This document shows positions 27,187 to 35,556 of a stretch of DNA of 64,000 bases, one piece after another. The first letter of the stretch is position 1. Every line of letters starts with the position of its first letter. The stretch covers positions 1 through 64,000 of the forward strand of contig JBDNIW010000005.1 in NCBI GenBank assembly GCA_041688155.1. The letters are read 5' to 3'. Under the pieces are notes generated by a model. The model worked only from the letters and a program-made list of their open reading frames with translations. It had not been told where the DNA came from and did not search any database. Origin of the DNA: Minisyncoccota bacterium (GTDB lineage Bacteria; Patescibacteriota; Minisyncoccia; Phycocordibacterales; UBA918). The translations under genes were made by a program, and so were the position numbers.

Positions 27187-27408
27187 GTGGAGATGGACCG
27201 GATGCCTTACAACAAACCATTTTTGACAGTGTCAGAGCAATTAGAGCAATTGCAGTCTCGTGGGATAAGTGTGACTGATGTTGACCGAGCTAAACGGGAC
27301 TTGCGAGCAATCAACTATTACCGTTTGAGTGGCTACTTGTACCCGCTGCGCAAAAAAGAGCCAGCTCCGCCTAGGCAAGGCCTAGGCGTTTTGAAATCGT
27401 TATATTGA
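27187..27408 (+). pseudogene. Truncated abortive-infection gene (Abi_2/AbiD-family N-terminus only)
   Basis: KPFLTVSEQLEQLQSRGISV...INYYRLSGYLYP matches the Abi_2 N-terminal consensus, but the ORF stops at 73 aa, where a 30-bp hairpin repeat begins. Confidence 0.5.
27363..27392 (+). repeat. 30-bp hairpin direct repeat, copy 1 (CAGCTCCGCCTAGGCAAGGCCTAGGCGTTTT)
   Basis: Perfect 9-bp stem CGCCTAGGC-aag-GCCTAGGCG plus a T-run (terminator-like). The second copy is at 28061-28090. Confidence 0.7.
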
Positions 27409-27440
27409 CATGTAGCTACAAAATGTTAATGTAGCTACAT
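27405..27440 (+). promoter_or_regulatory. hicAB promoter with a tandem palindromic operator
   Basis: TTGACA followed by two copies of the palindrome (A)TGTAGCTACA(T), spaced 8 nt apart and overlapping the -10 region. Confidence 0.45.
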
Positions 27441-27479
27441 GTCGCGCTGCACTTACATTTCCTAACTTTCCTCTGTAAC

Positions 27480-27719
27480 ATGACACAACGCGATAAACTA
27501 TTTAATAATTTTTTAAAGAATCCTGAAAGCGTTAGCTACAAGGAAATGAATAAAATTCTAAAATGGTACGAGTTTGAAAAAATAGAAGCCAAAGGTAGCC
27601 ATGTAAAATTTAAACATCCACTTTTTCGAAGAGATCTTATTGTGGCTGTACACAATAATGAATGTAAAGGCTACATGAAAAAAGAGGCGTTGCGCAGAAT
27701 ACAGATAATTTTAGGATAG
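27480..27719 (+). CDS. hicA: HicA-family toxin (mRNA interferase)
   Basis: KGSHVKFKHP...LIVAVHNNECKGYMKKEALRRIQ matches the HicA GSH..FKHP motif. Confidence 0.7.
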   Translation: MTQRDKLFNNFLKNPESVSYKEMNKILKWYEFEKIEAKGSHVKFKHPLFRRDLIVAVHNNECKGYMKKEALRRIQIILG

Positions 27720-27731
27720 TAGAGTTAATAT

Positions 27732-28049
27732 ATGAATATGAAAACAACAAATGGAAGTATCCTATCCGGAAACAAAAAGTATCAATACATCATGACAGAA
27801 ACACCAGGAGGAATGGTGTACGTTGACTGTGAGGCAGCCAGTGTTGGACAGGAATTCGAGGCTGAGGATATCGGCGCACTTATTTTAGACTTACCAAATC
27901 TGATTGAAGCTGAACTGTCATATAAAGAAATACAATCTGGTACGATTCGTTTTCGGACTACAGTAGAAGAGCGTAAAAAAATAGAAGCGAATGCAAAAGC
28001 CAGTGGTAAAAGTATTTCAAAATTCGTCCGCGATTTGGCGGTAGGGTAA
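27732..28049 (+). CDS. hicB: HicB-family antitoxin with a C-terminal RHH DNA-binding domain
   Basis: HicB-like N-terminal domain plus KASGKSISKFVRDLAV (ribbon-helix-helix), immediately downstream of hicA. Confidence 0.6.
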   Translation: MNMKTTNGSILSGNKKYQYIMTETPGGMVYVDCEAASVGQEFEAEDIGALILDLPNLIEAELSYKEIQSGTIRFRTTVEERKKIEANAKASGKSISKFVRDLAVG

Positions 28050-28060
28050 ACTTCTAGCTC

Positions 28061-28090
28061 CGCCTAGGCAAGACCTAGGCGCTTTGTCGG
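28061..28090 (+). repeat. 30-bp hairpin direct repeat, copy 2
   Basis: AGCTCCGCCTAGGCAAGACCTAGGCGCTTT; 28 of 30 positions identical to copy 1. Confidence 0.7.
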
Positions 28091-28192
28091 CGCTAAGGGG
28101 TTGACAGGTGACTAAAACAGTGCGAATCATAATTACATTATGAAACAAGCAATCAAGGGGTTGGGGAGTATGGGGTTGGGTTTGTAGTTGGG

Positions 28193-28492
28193 ATGCTTTT
28201 GGCTGTGCTGGTACTGCCAGCGGCTGCGAGTATTCCTGATGTGTACACCAACGATAATATCTGGACGAGCACTCACGATGCACCAGTGACTATTAACCTT
28301 GATGAGGCAAGGAATTTCTATGGCACTACTGCCACTGGCAAGCTGTTTAGTCAGACTCGGATTGAAAACAGCCTGAATGTCCGCCTGCAGAAATTTGCGA
28401 TTGATGAGGCGTTCTTTTATATTTCTGACCGCGGAATCATTAATGCTGAATCAGACGTTGTGGCGTTGTCGATTTATTTGACGTTGGGATAG
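28193..28492 (+). CDS. Small secreted hypothetical protein
   Basis: Signal-peptide-like MLLAVLVLPAAASIP. Confidence 0.3.
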   Translation: MLLAVLVLPAAASIPDVYTNDNIWTSTHDAPVTINLDEARNFYGTTATGKLFSQTRIENSLNVRLQKFAIDEAFFYISDRGIINAESDVVALSIYLTLG

Positions 28493-28726
28493 GGACACAA
28501 CCAGTGGCAACCGCAACGTCGGCGATTAGTAATAGTAATGGGGTGATTTGATTATATACCGACTTAGGGACAGATCACATTGCATCAAATATAACTCAGT
28601 TTGGTGTTTTGGTTCCTCCTGCACTAATAAAAACCCACAGGTCGGTAAATAATACACGACAATCAGAAAGGCGATGTTCTGGCGCCGCTTTTTAATTTGC
28701 TATACTGTGGCTACTTAGACATATAT

Positions 28727-29149
28727 ATGAAGCAATTTTTTATCTCCTTCCACCACTGGGTCGAAACCATCCCAGACAAACTGTACCCTTTTCAACAAGA
28801 AATCGAAGGACATTGGGTACGGGGTCAACGCGCGTACGAGCAAGCACTCCATGATGGGATCAAAATCCACGGCCCTGGACAGACCAGCTACCGACTGATG
28901 ATCTATCGGGGAACGTGGCACTTGTTTGGATCGATTGTGTTGATGACGAGTCTGACTATCGTTGCGCATCAGTTGCTGGGTAGTGAAGCTGCCCTCTATG
29001 TATTGCTCGCCGCCGCAATCGCAGCCCTGTGCCTCCAGGAATTCATCCTACACCCCAAACGTTACGGTCAGACCACCCGCAAGGGCGTCATCGACATCGT
29101 CACCTGGGTCGCCCCGATGGCGGTGTATATGGCGTTTTTAGTGTCGTAG
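28727..29149 (+). CDS. Hypothetical membrane protein
   Basis: Two to three TM segments. The likely start is MKQFF. Confidence 0.35.
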   Translation: MKQFFISFHHWVETIPDKLYPFQQEIEGHWVRGQRAYEQALHDGIKIHGPGQTSYRLMIYRGTWHLFGSIVLMTSLTIVAHQLLGSEAALYVLLAAAIAALCLQEFILHPKRYGQTTRKGVIDIVTWVAPMAVYMAFLVS

Positions 29150-29200
29150 TCACCTGGGAGTCGGGTTGCCTAGTGTATAAACATTGTATATACTATATCA

Positions 29201-29443
29201 ATGGAAACCAAAATTCTGAAATGGGGCAACAGCCTCGGGGTACGGCTCCCAAGTGATATCGCCAAGCGGCAATCACTGCGAGCCGGGAGTGTGGTTGTAG
29301 TCGAAGAAACTGACGGCGTAATCACTATCAAGGTAGCCAAACAAAAGCCACAAACACTGGCTGAATTGGTGGCGCAAATGCGCGAACAAAACCAACCAGA
29401 CTTAATCGACGGGGGTGAGCCGCGGGGCGCTGAGATATGGTAA
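29201..29443 (+). CDS. mazE: MazE/PemI (AbrB/SpoVT-fold) antitoxin
   Basis: KWGNSLGVRLP motif. Confidence 0.7.
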   Translation: METKILKWGNSLGVRLPSDIAKRQSLRAGSVVVVEETDGVITIKVAKQKPQTLAELVAQMREQNQPDLIDGGEPRGAEIW

Positions 29444-29763
29444 CGCCCAATCGAGGTGACCTGATCTGGATTGACTTTGACCCAGCTCGCGGGCGCGAAC
29501 AAAAACACCATCGACCGGCGTTGGTGATTTCTCCATTGTCATATAACAAATACAGCAAATTGATTCTGGTGTGTCCAATCACCTCTAATCTGCGCCCCTA
29601 CGCGTTTGGCGTGCCGGTTGATCACAAACAAGTTGCCGGTATGGTACTGGTAGATCAGATCAAAGCCTTTGACTGGCTTGACCGTGGTGCCAAACGAATT
29701 GGTACGTGTGATCAGGCCACCCTAACGACCGTACTGCAGAAATTACGAGTTTTGGTAGAATAA
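29437..29763 (+). CDS. mazF: MazF/ChpB-family toxin endoribonuclease
   Basis: GDLIWIDFDPARGREQKHHRPALVIS. Overlaps mazE by 7 nt. Confidence 0.75.
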   Translation: MVTPNRGDLIWIDFDPARGREQKHHRPALVISPLSYNKYSKLILVCPITSNLRPYAFGVPVDHKQVAGMVLVDQIKAFDWLDRGAKRIGTCDQATLTTVLQKLRVLVE

Positions 29764-29767
29764 AGTT

Positions 29768-30109
29768 ATGAAAACGCTCAAATTTAGATCTGACTTGTGT
29801 GAACAGATTATTGCTGGAACAAAAACAACCACCTGGCGCCTGTTAGATGACAAAGATTTGCAAGAGGGAGATAGCCTAGAGTTTATGAACTGGGAAACAA
29901 GGGAAGTGTTTGGGGCTGGCAGTATCACGGCCCTGAGTATCAAAACCCTTGGCAGTCTAGAAGAATCAGACTGGGAAGGACACGAACAATTTGCGTCAGA
30001 GTGGGAAATGTACGCGACGTATCGCACATACTATGGTGATGCAGTGGGTCCAGAGACCGAGGTAAAGATTATTGATTTTAGTTTCAATCCTGACGTGGCT
30101 AATAAATAG
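29768..30109 (+). CDS. ASCH-domain protein
   Basis: ASCH signature IIAGTKTTTWR near the N-terminus. Confidence 0.55.
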   Translation: MKTLKFRSDLCEQIIAGTKTTTWRLLDDKDLQEGDSLEFMNWETREVFGAGSITALSIKTLGSLEESDWEGHEQFASEWEMYATYRTYYGDAVGPETEVKIIDFSFNPDVANK

Positions 30110-30228
30110 TAGCTTGTATTTTCTCCTGCACGTGCTATAAATTGAGTAGCGAAACACAACTCCTTTGAAGTACGGACAAAGTGAAAAAGAAGTGACGTTT
30201 TGTATTAAAACAAATAAACAAACACAAG

Positions 30229-30516
30229 ATGAAAGGAACAATCATTCGAAAGCGAGACGAGGGGTACGGTTTTATCAAACCAGAAACTGGTGACAAAGAC
30301 GTGTTCTTTCACGCCTCAGCACTAGAACTCGTTGAGTTCGACGATCTACAAGAAGGTGATGTGGTGTCATTTGATATCGAAGAAGGTCCAAAAGGACCAG
30401 CAGCGGTAAACGTAGACCGCGCAGCAGCTACTCCAGCGACAGATGATGCAGCATCAGACGATACTGCAACTGACGCTCCAGCAGGAGAGGCAACCGAAGA
30501 AACTCCAGCGGCGTAA
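30229..30516 (+). CDS. Cold-shock protein (CspA family) with an acidic C-terminal tail
   Basis: RNP1-like GYGFI and DVFFH motifs. Confidence 0.8.
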   Translation: MKGTIIRKRDEGYGFIKPETGDKDVFFHASALELVEFDDLQEGDVVSFDIEEGPKGPAAVNVDRAAATPATDDAASDDTATDAPAGEATEETPAA

Positions 30517-30536
30517 TCGACGCCCTGAGTAAAAAA

Positions 30537-30574
30537 CCGGTGGGCATCCCTAGGGATGCCCACCGGTTTTGTTT
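30537..30574. terminator. Bidirectional intrinsic terminator
   Basis: The perfect palindrome AAAACCGGTGGGCATCCCTAGGGATGCCCACCGGTTTT. Confidence 0.65.
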
Positions 30575-30979
30575 GCTATACTACAATCAATGTTCTTCGC
30601 TGCTATCATTCAGGATTATTTTGTCTGGCACTACACGCGGGCGTGGTGGCAGATGTGGGGAGTGTGGCGGAATTTCCTATGGGTCACGATTCATTTCTTT
30701 TCTATTCCTCAGATGCTGCAATCGTTGTTGTTGCCATTCAAACGCACCACCCAAACGCGGGGGGATACGTTTAGCCTAGAGGATCTCGCTGCGTACGTCA
30801 TTATCAATATCATCTCCAGGATTATTGGCGCGATCATCCGGACAGCTATCATTATGGTTGGGTGCATTGCCCTACTTGTTACTATCGCTGGTGGGTTTCT
30901 GGCGTATCTGTTTTGGTTGGTGGCGCCATTGTTGGTTATTGGATTACTGGGGGCTGGTATTAGTTTGTTACTCATATAG
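30569..30979 (+). CDS. Hypothetical membrane protein
   Basis: Several TM helices. Confidence 0.35.
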   Translation: MFAILQSMFFAAIIQDYFVWHYTRAWWQMWGVWRNFLWVTIHFFSIPQMLQSLLLPFKRTTQTRGDTFSLEDLAAYVIINIISRIIGAIIRTAIIMVGCIALLVTIAGGFLAYLFWLVAPLLVIGLLGAGISLLLI

Positions 30980-30981
30980 AT

Positions 30982-33429
30982 ATGTATACGCTCCACGATA
31001 ATATTGGTGAATTCAAATCAGCGGTTCGGCTAGAGCAGCTGGTGTCGCGGCGAGTGCTGGGGTACGTTCGGTTGACTGGGCTGACGACGTTTTTGCTCGC
31101 GAGTGGGACGGCGGGTGCGTTGTATTTATTTCCAACCATTCTAGGTGACTATTATATGTATCGCAATGTGGCGGCTGGGGTAGGATTGTTTGGCCTCGCG
31201 TTATGGATTGATGGGTTGCTGGCTATCAGCTATCACAACAGCTACTATTTTAAGGGGCTCAACTCGCTACTCGGACTCGAAGAAACCCCCGTCACTGGTG
31301 CGACCTATGACGTGGCCAAAGTTGCTTTGGCAAATCTTGATGATCTTGGGGTTGCATTTGTACATTCGCGTTGGGGTCAAACGATACTGTTGCGGGCGGG
31401 ACTAACCCCAGACATGGTTGCTGAGTATGTCCGCTCCAACCGTCAGCCACTGACAGCCAGCATGGTGCCTCTGCCCGAGGGAGAGATTTTTAGTATTATC
31501 GGGCTAGGTAAATATCTGTTGTCACACGACGCGGCGTTCGCGGCGTTACTACAGAGTAACGGTATCCTGCCGGAACACTTTTTGGGTTCACTGCGTTGGG
31601 TAATCGGTACCTACCACCAAGAAAAAAGACAGGCTCGCTGGTGGAGTCGGGACAACCTGTCGCAGACCACCAGCATCGGTACCGAACTGGCATACGGTAT
31701 AGCGTATCAGCTACATCGCTACGCCAAAAACATCAATACGACCGCGGTGTTTTCTACCCTCGCGCGGGACAGTTCGTTCGCGGCCGAGAAAATTATCGAA
31801 ATCGAAGCAACGCTGGCCCGAGGCAAATCATCAAACGTCCTACTAATCGGAGAAGCGGGGGTAGGCAAAACTGACTTGCTGATTGAAGTCCAACGACGGA
31901 TGAACACTGGCCAAGCAATTGCGGCGCTACAAAACGAGCGGTTGATTGTACTGGACACCAACCGACTGTTTGCCAACCACAAAGATAAACAATCACTCGA
32001 ACACACGCTACTCACAATGTTTAACGAAGCCGCCCTCGCGGGACATATCATCGTCGTGATCGAGAACCTGAGCGCAGTGGTCAAAGAAGCGGAGGCGCTT
32101 GGGGTATTTCTCCCTGAGCTGCTCGACGAGTACCTCGCTATGCCAAGTTTGCATTTTATTGCGACAGACACCCCGGCGGCATACCGCGCTGACCTGCAGA
32201 CCAAAGGCGGGTTTGTCCGGCGGTTTGCCGAAATCCTCATCGAGGCGCCGGACAACAGTGCCACGGTTCGAGTACTACAAACCATCGCACTCCAAGAAGA
32301 ATCCCGCCACCACGTCGTGTTTACCTACAGCAGCCTAGTCACTGTGGCGGCGGCCGCTAGCCGGTACATCGTCGAAGGCGTCATGCCAGACAAAGCCGTC
32401 AGTCTGTTGCTGCAAGTCGCGAGTGCCGCCCGCGCAAGCAACCTAGTCCACATCACTGACGATTTTGTCTACGAACTAGTCAGCCAGAAAACCGGCGTCC
32501 CAGCTGGACCCATCAAGGCTACCGAGCGGGACCTGCTCCTCAACCTCGAGGATAAATTACACCAGCACGTGGTTGGTCAACGTGCAGCGATTGATGCCAT
32601 TGCCAAAACCATGCGCCGGGCACGTACGGGGATCCAGGCGAGCGACAAACCGCTCGGGTCATTTTTGTTCCTTGGACCAACTGGGGTGGGTAAAACCGAA
32701 ACCGCAAAAGCCTTGGCCCAAGTGTTTTTCGGTGGGGAACACACGCTGCAGCGGATTGATATGTCTGAGTACAGCGGTACGTCGGGGCTAACGCAACTAA
32801 TCGGGACGACCGATTACCCTGGTACGCTGCCGACGCTATTACGCGAACACCCATACTGCGTGGTGCTGCTGGACGAGTTAGAAAAAGCCAACCAGTCTGT
32901 ACACGACGTATTTCTGCAAATTCTCGACGAAGGGGTGTTTACCGACGGGCGCGGGGAACAGGTCAATGCGCGCAACACCATCATCATCGCAACCAGCAAC
33001 GCCGGTAGTCAACTGATACTCGAAACTGTCCAAAGCCGCCAAACCCTCGCTCACCTCAACCAAACCATCATCGACCGTATCATAGCCGATGGTTTGTTCC
33101 GACCAGAGTTGATTAACCGCTTCTCCAGCACAATTATATTTGAACCACTTACTATTGAGGAGCAGGGACAAGTCGCCGGGCTAATGCTACGTGACCTACG
33201 AGAGCGAATCAAATCAAAGGGCTACGATCTAGTCGTCGGACAAGAGCTGCTGCAGATCCTCGTCCAAAAAGGCTATCACCCAGAATTCGGCGCCAGGCCA
33301 ATGCAACGCGTCATGCAGGATATGCTCGAAGAAAAAGTCGCCCAGAAAATAATCGCTGGCACAGTACATAAAGGAGACACCATTAGTCTGACGGTGGCTG
33401 ATTTCAATCCAGCCGATCTAGCAATATAA
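30982..33429 (+). CDS. ClpA/ClpB-family double AAA+ ATPase with an N-terminal transmembrane region instead of a Clp N-domain
   Basis: D1 Walker A GEAGVGKT. The D2 segment LFLGPTGVGKTETAKALA...RIDMSEY...VVLLDELEKA...LQILDEG..TDG.G..V...NTIIIATSN aligns closely with ClpB D2. The first roughly 110 aa contain two to three TM helices. Confidence 0.7.
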   Translation: MYTLHDNIGEFKSAVRLEQLVSRRVLGYVRLTGLTTFLLASGTAGALYLFPTILGDYYMYRNVAAGVGLFGLALWIDGLLAISYHNSYYFKGLNSLLGLEETPVTGATYDVAKVALANLDDLGVAFVHSRWGQTILLRAGLTPDMVAEYVRSNRQPLTASMVPLPEGEIFSIIGLGKYLLSHDAAFAALLQSNGILPEHFLGSLRWVIGTYHQEKRQARWWSRDNLSQTTSIGTELAYGIAYQLHRYAKNINTTAVFSTLARDSSFAAEKIIEIEATLARGKSSNVLLIGEAGVGKTDLLIEVQRRMNTGQAIAALQNERLIVLDTNRLFANHKDKQSLEHTLLTMFNEAALAGHIIVVIENLSAVVKEAEALGVFLPELLDEYLAMPSLHFIATDTPAAYRADLQTKGGFVRRFAEILIEAPDNSATVRVLQTIALQEESRHHVVFTYSSLVTVAAAASRYIVEGVMPDKAVSLLLQVASAARASNLVHITDDFVYELVSQKTGVPAGPIKATERDLLLNLEDKLHQHVVGQRAAIDAIAKTMRRARTGIQASDKPLGSFLFLGPTGVGKTETAKALAQVFFGGEHTLQRIDMSEYSGTSGLTQLIGTTDYPGTLPTLLREHPYCVVLLDELEKANQSVHDVFLQILDEGVFTDGRGEQVNARNTIIIATSNAGSQLILETVQSRQTLAHLNQTIIDRIIADGLFRPELINRFSSTIIFEPLTIEEQGQVAGLMLRDLRERIKSKGYDLVVGQELLQILVQKGYHPEFGARPMQRVMQDMLEEKVAQKIIAGTVHKGDTISLTVADFNPADLAI

Positions 33430-33492
33430 ACAATTATATCCGGCTCGCTTGAGACGGTTTTTGTTTCTCGGATTTGAGCGTATAATGGATGT

Positions 33493-34386
33493 ATGAATAC
33501 ACAAAATATTGTTATTGCATTACTAGCTTTAGTACTAATTGGTGGGGGAGCGTATTGGTTCTTGAATAGTCAGGGTGACATTGTGACTGATCCAAATGGA
33601 ATGATGCCGGTTGAGCCTGACGGAGGGATTGGTGATGGTGCACAACCGCTAGATGAGTTAATCGGGGAAGGTGAACAAGTTAATACCCTAACCTACACCA
33701 GCGAAACGGTGATGGGTTCATCAGTACGAGGGACGGACATTATTGCTTACCATTTTGGTAATGGAGGCGATGAGTTACTGCTTATTGGTGGTTCCCATGG
33801 AAGTGATGCCCCAAACACATCCGAGTTAGCTGAGAAATTTATTACGTACCTGGCTGCAAATGAAACTGTCATACCAGCAAACATGCGAGTTACTGTAATC
33901 CCAAGAGTTAACCCTGACGGATTAGCAACTGATGGAACAGCCGGTCGCTTTAACACAAACATGGTTGACCTTAACCGAAACTTTGATTGTGACTGGGCGC
34001 GTACGAGTATGTGGCGACAGCAAGAAGTGAGTGGTGGAACCGCTGCGTTTTCAGAGCCAGAAGCTAAAGCAATCCGAGACTACGTATCAGAAATTAATGC
34101 AGTTGGCGCGATTGTATGGTTCGCATCTGAAGGAAAAGTGTATCCATCTGCCTGTGGAGGTAACCCATCAGCCGCAGCGACTGACCTGGCAGCGACTTTT
34201 GGAAGTGCGGCGGGATATGGGGTTGAACAAGAGTTTGACGCCTACACCATCAATGGTGACATGGTGAACTGGATGGCCAAGCAAGGCGTGCCAGCTATCA
34301 GCGTCCTACTGACTGATCGTGAAGGAATAGAATGGGCAAAAAACGAGGCTGGATTCAAAGCCGCGTTAAACCTACTCTCTAACTAG
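33493..34386 (+). CDS. M14-family zinc carboxypeptidase-like protein (secreted)
   Basis: DLNRNFD motif, and a signal anchor. Paralog of the next gene. Confidence 0.55.
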   Translation: MNTQNIVIALLALVLIGGGAYWFLNSQGDIVTDPNGMMPVEPDGGIGDGAQPLDELIGEGEQVNTLTYTSETVMGSSVRGTDIIAYHFGNGGDELLLIGGSHGSDAPNTSELAEKFITYLAANETVIPANMRVTVIPRVNPDGLATDGTAGRFNTNMVDLNRNFDCDWARTSMWRQQEVSGGTAAFSEPEAKAIRDYVSEINAVGAIVWFASEGKVYPSACGGNPSAAATDLAATFGSAAGYGVEQEFDAYTINGDMVNWMAKQGVPAISVLLTDREGIEWAKNEAGFKAALNLLSN

Positions 34387-34389
34387 CAC

Positions 34390-35229
34390 ATGAGTAAATT
34401 CATAATTGCTGGAGCCCTCCTGACGCTGACTGTAGTTGGACTAGCAATGTGGGCATACTGGCCGGCGCCGATGGCGCCGGCCGTTGCCGTCCCAGTTGTA
34501 CCAGCCACTGAGTCAACTTCAATCACCACTTCAAGCCAAACCGTCATTGGCACCTCGGTCCAGTCACGACCAATCGAGGTCTATACTTTTGGTACAGGTG
34601 ACACTGACCTATTATTTGTCGGTGGTATTCACGGTGGGTACGAAGCCAACAGTGTCAGGCTCGCCGAAGCCATGATTGATGAATTCCAAATGCGCCCAGA
34701 AATGATTCCACCCGCAGTTACCGTGCATATTATTCCGGTTCTCAATCCAGATGGGCTCGCATTGCCGACTACAGCGGCTGATCGCGACCGTCGGTTTAAT
34801 GCCAACAGTGTTGACCTCAACCGGAACTTTGATTGCAAGTGGGCACCGCAAAGTAGTTGGCGTAGTGAGACAGTCAGCGCCGGCACCGCACCATTTTCTG
34901 AACCAGAAGCGGCGGCGCTGCGTGACTACGTAGCGCTCATAAACCCCAACGCCGCGGTGTTTTGGCACAGTCGCGCGAACACCGTGTACGCTAGTGAGTG
35001 CCATGCTGGAGTACTTGATTCCACCCGACTACTCATGAATACCTACGCCACTGCCGCTAACTACAACACCGTAGAAAAATTTGACGCCTACCCAATCACT
35101 GGTGACGTCGAGGGGTGGTTCGCGAGTATTGGCATACCGGCGGTGACCGTTGAGCTCGAGACACGCGAAAGCATCGAGTGGGAACGCAACTGGGCTGGTA
35201 TGCAGGCGACGTTAGAACTGTACCGCTAA
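34390..35229 (+). CDS. M14-family zinc carboxypeptidase-like protein (secreted), tandem paralog
   Basis: HGGYE (HxxE zinc ligand) and DLNRNFD. Confidence 0.6.
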   Translation: MSKFIIAGALLTLTVVGLAMWAYWPAPMAPAVAVPVVPATESTSITTSSQTVIGTSVQSRPIEVYTFGTGDTDLLFVGGIHGGYEANSVRLAEAMIDEFQMRPEMIPPAVTVHIIPVLNPDGLALPTTAADRDRRFNANSVDLNRNFDCKWAPQSSWRSETVSAGTAPFSEPEAAALRDYVALINPNAAVFWHSRANTVYASECHAGVLDSTRLLMNTYATAANYNTVEKFDAYPITGDVEGWFASIGIPAVTVELETRESIEWERNWAGMQATLELYR

Positions 35230-35237
35230 CAATATAA

Positions 35238-35278
35238 ATAAGACAAAGGCGGACACCTTGCGGTGTCCGCCTTTGTCT
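35238..35278. terminator. Intrinsic terminator
   Basis: Perfect 18-bp stem AAGACAAAGGCGGACACC-ttgc-GGTGTCCGCCTTTGTCTT. Confidence 0.65.
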
Positions 35279-35292
35279 TGACATAATACTTT

Positions 35293-35556
35293 TTGAGTAG
35301 TATATTGCGGGCAATGTTTACTAGCAGTCAGCGATTATTGATTCTCAAATGGGGTGGTTTGACGCTTTTTTCACTCAGCCTGCTCCCGTTACTCATGCAC
35401 GGAGTATTTTTTATCGTGCTGTTCCAGTACTATCTCCCGGCGGCGATTATCGGCTACGCAATATATTTTAGTTATCTAAAAATCAAGCACATCGACATGT
35501 ACGATACTGACATCAGAACTATCTTCAAGTCGTTTTTTGCTCGTCCGCAAAAGTAG
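35293..35556 (+). CDS. Possible small membrane protein (87 aa)
   Basis: Strongly hydrophobic ORF starting after the terminator. It overlaps the 3' end of the recombinase gene on the opposite strand. Confidence 0.25.
   Translation: MSSILRAMFTSSQRLLILKWGGLTLFSLSLLPLLMHGVFFIVLFQYYLPAAIIGYAIYFSYLKIKHIDMYDTDIRTIFKSFFARPQK

Noticed and set aside
31719-32285. 188-aa minus-strand ORF.
   Set aside because: It lies antisense inside the Clp ATPase gene, which has strong AAA+ motifs.
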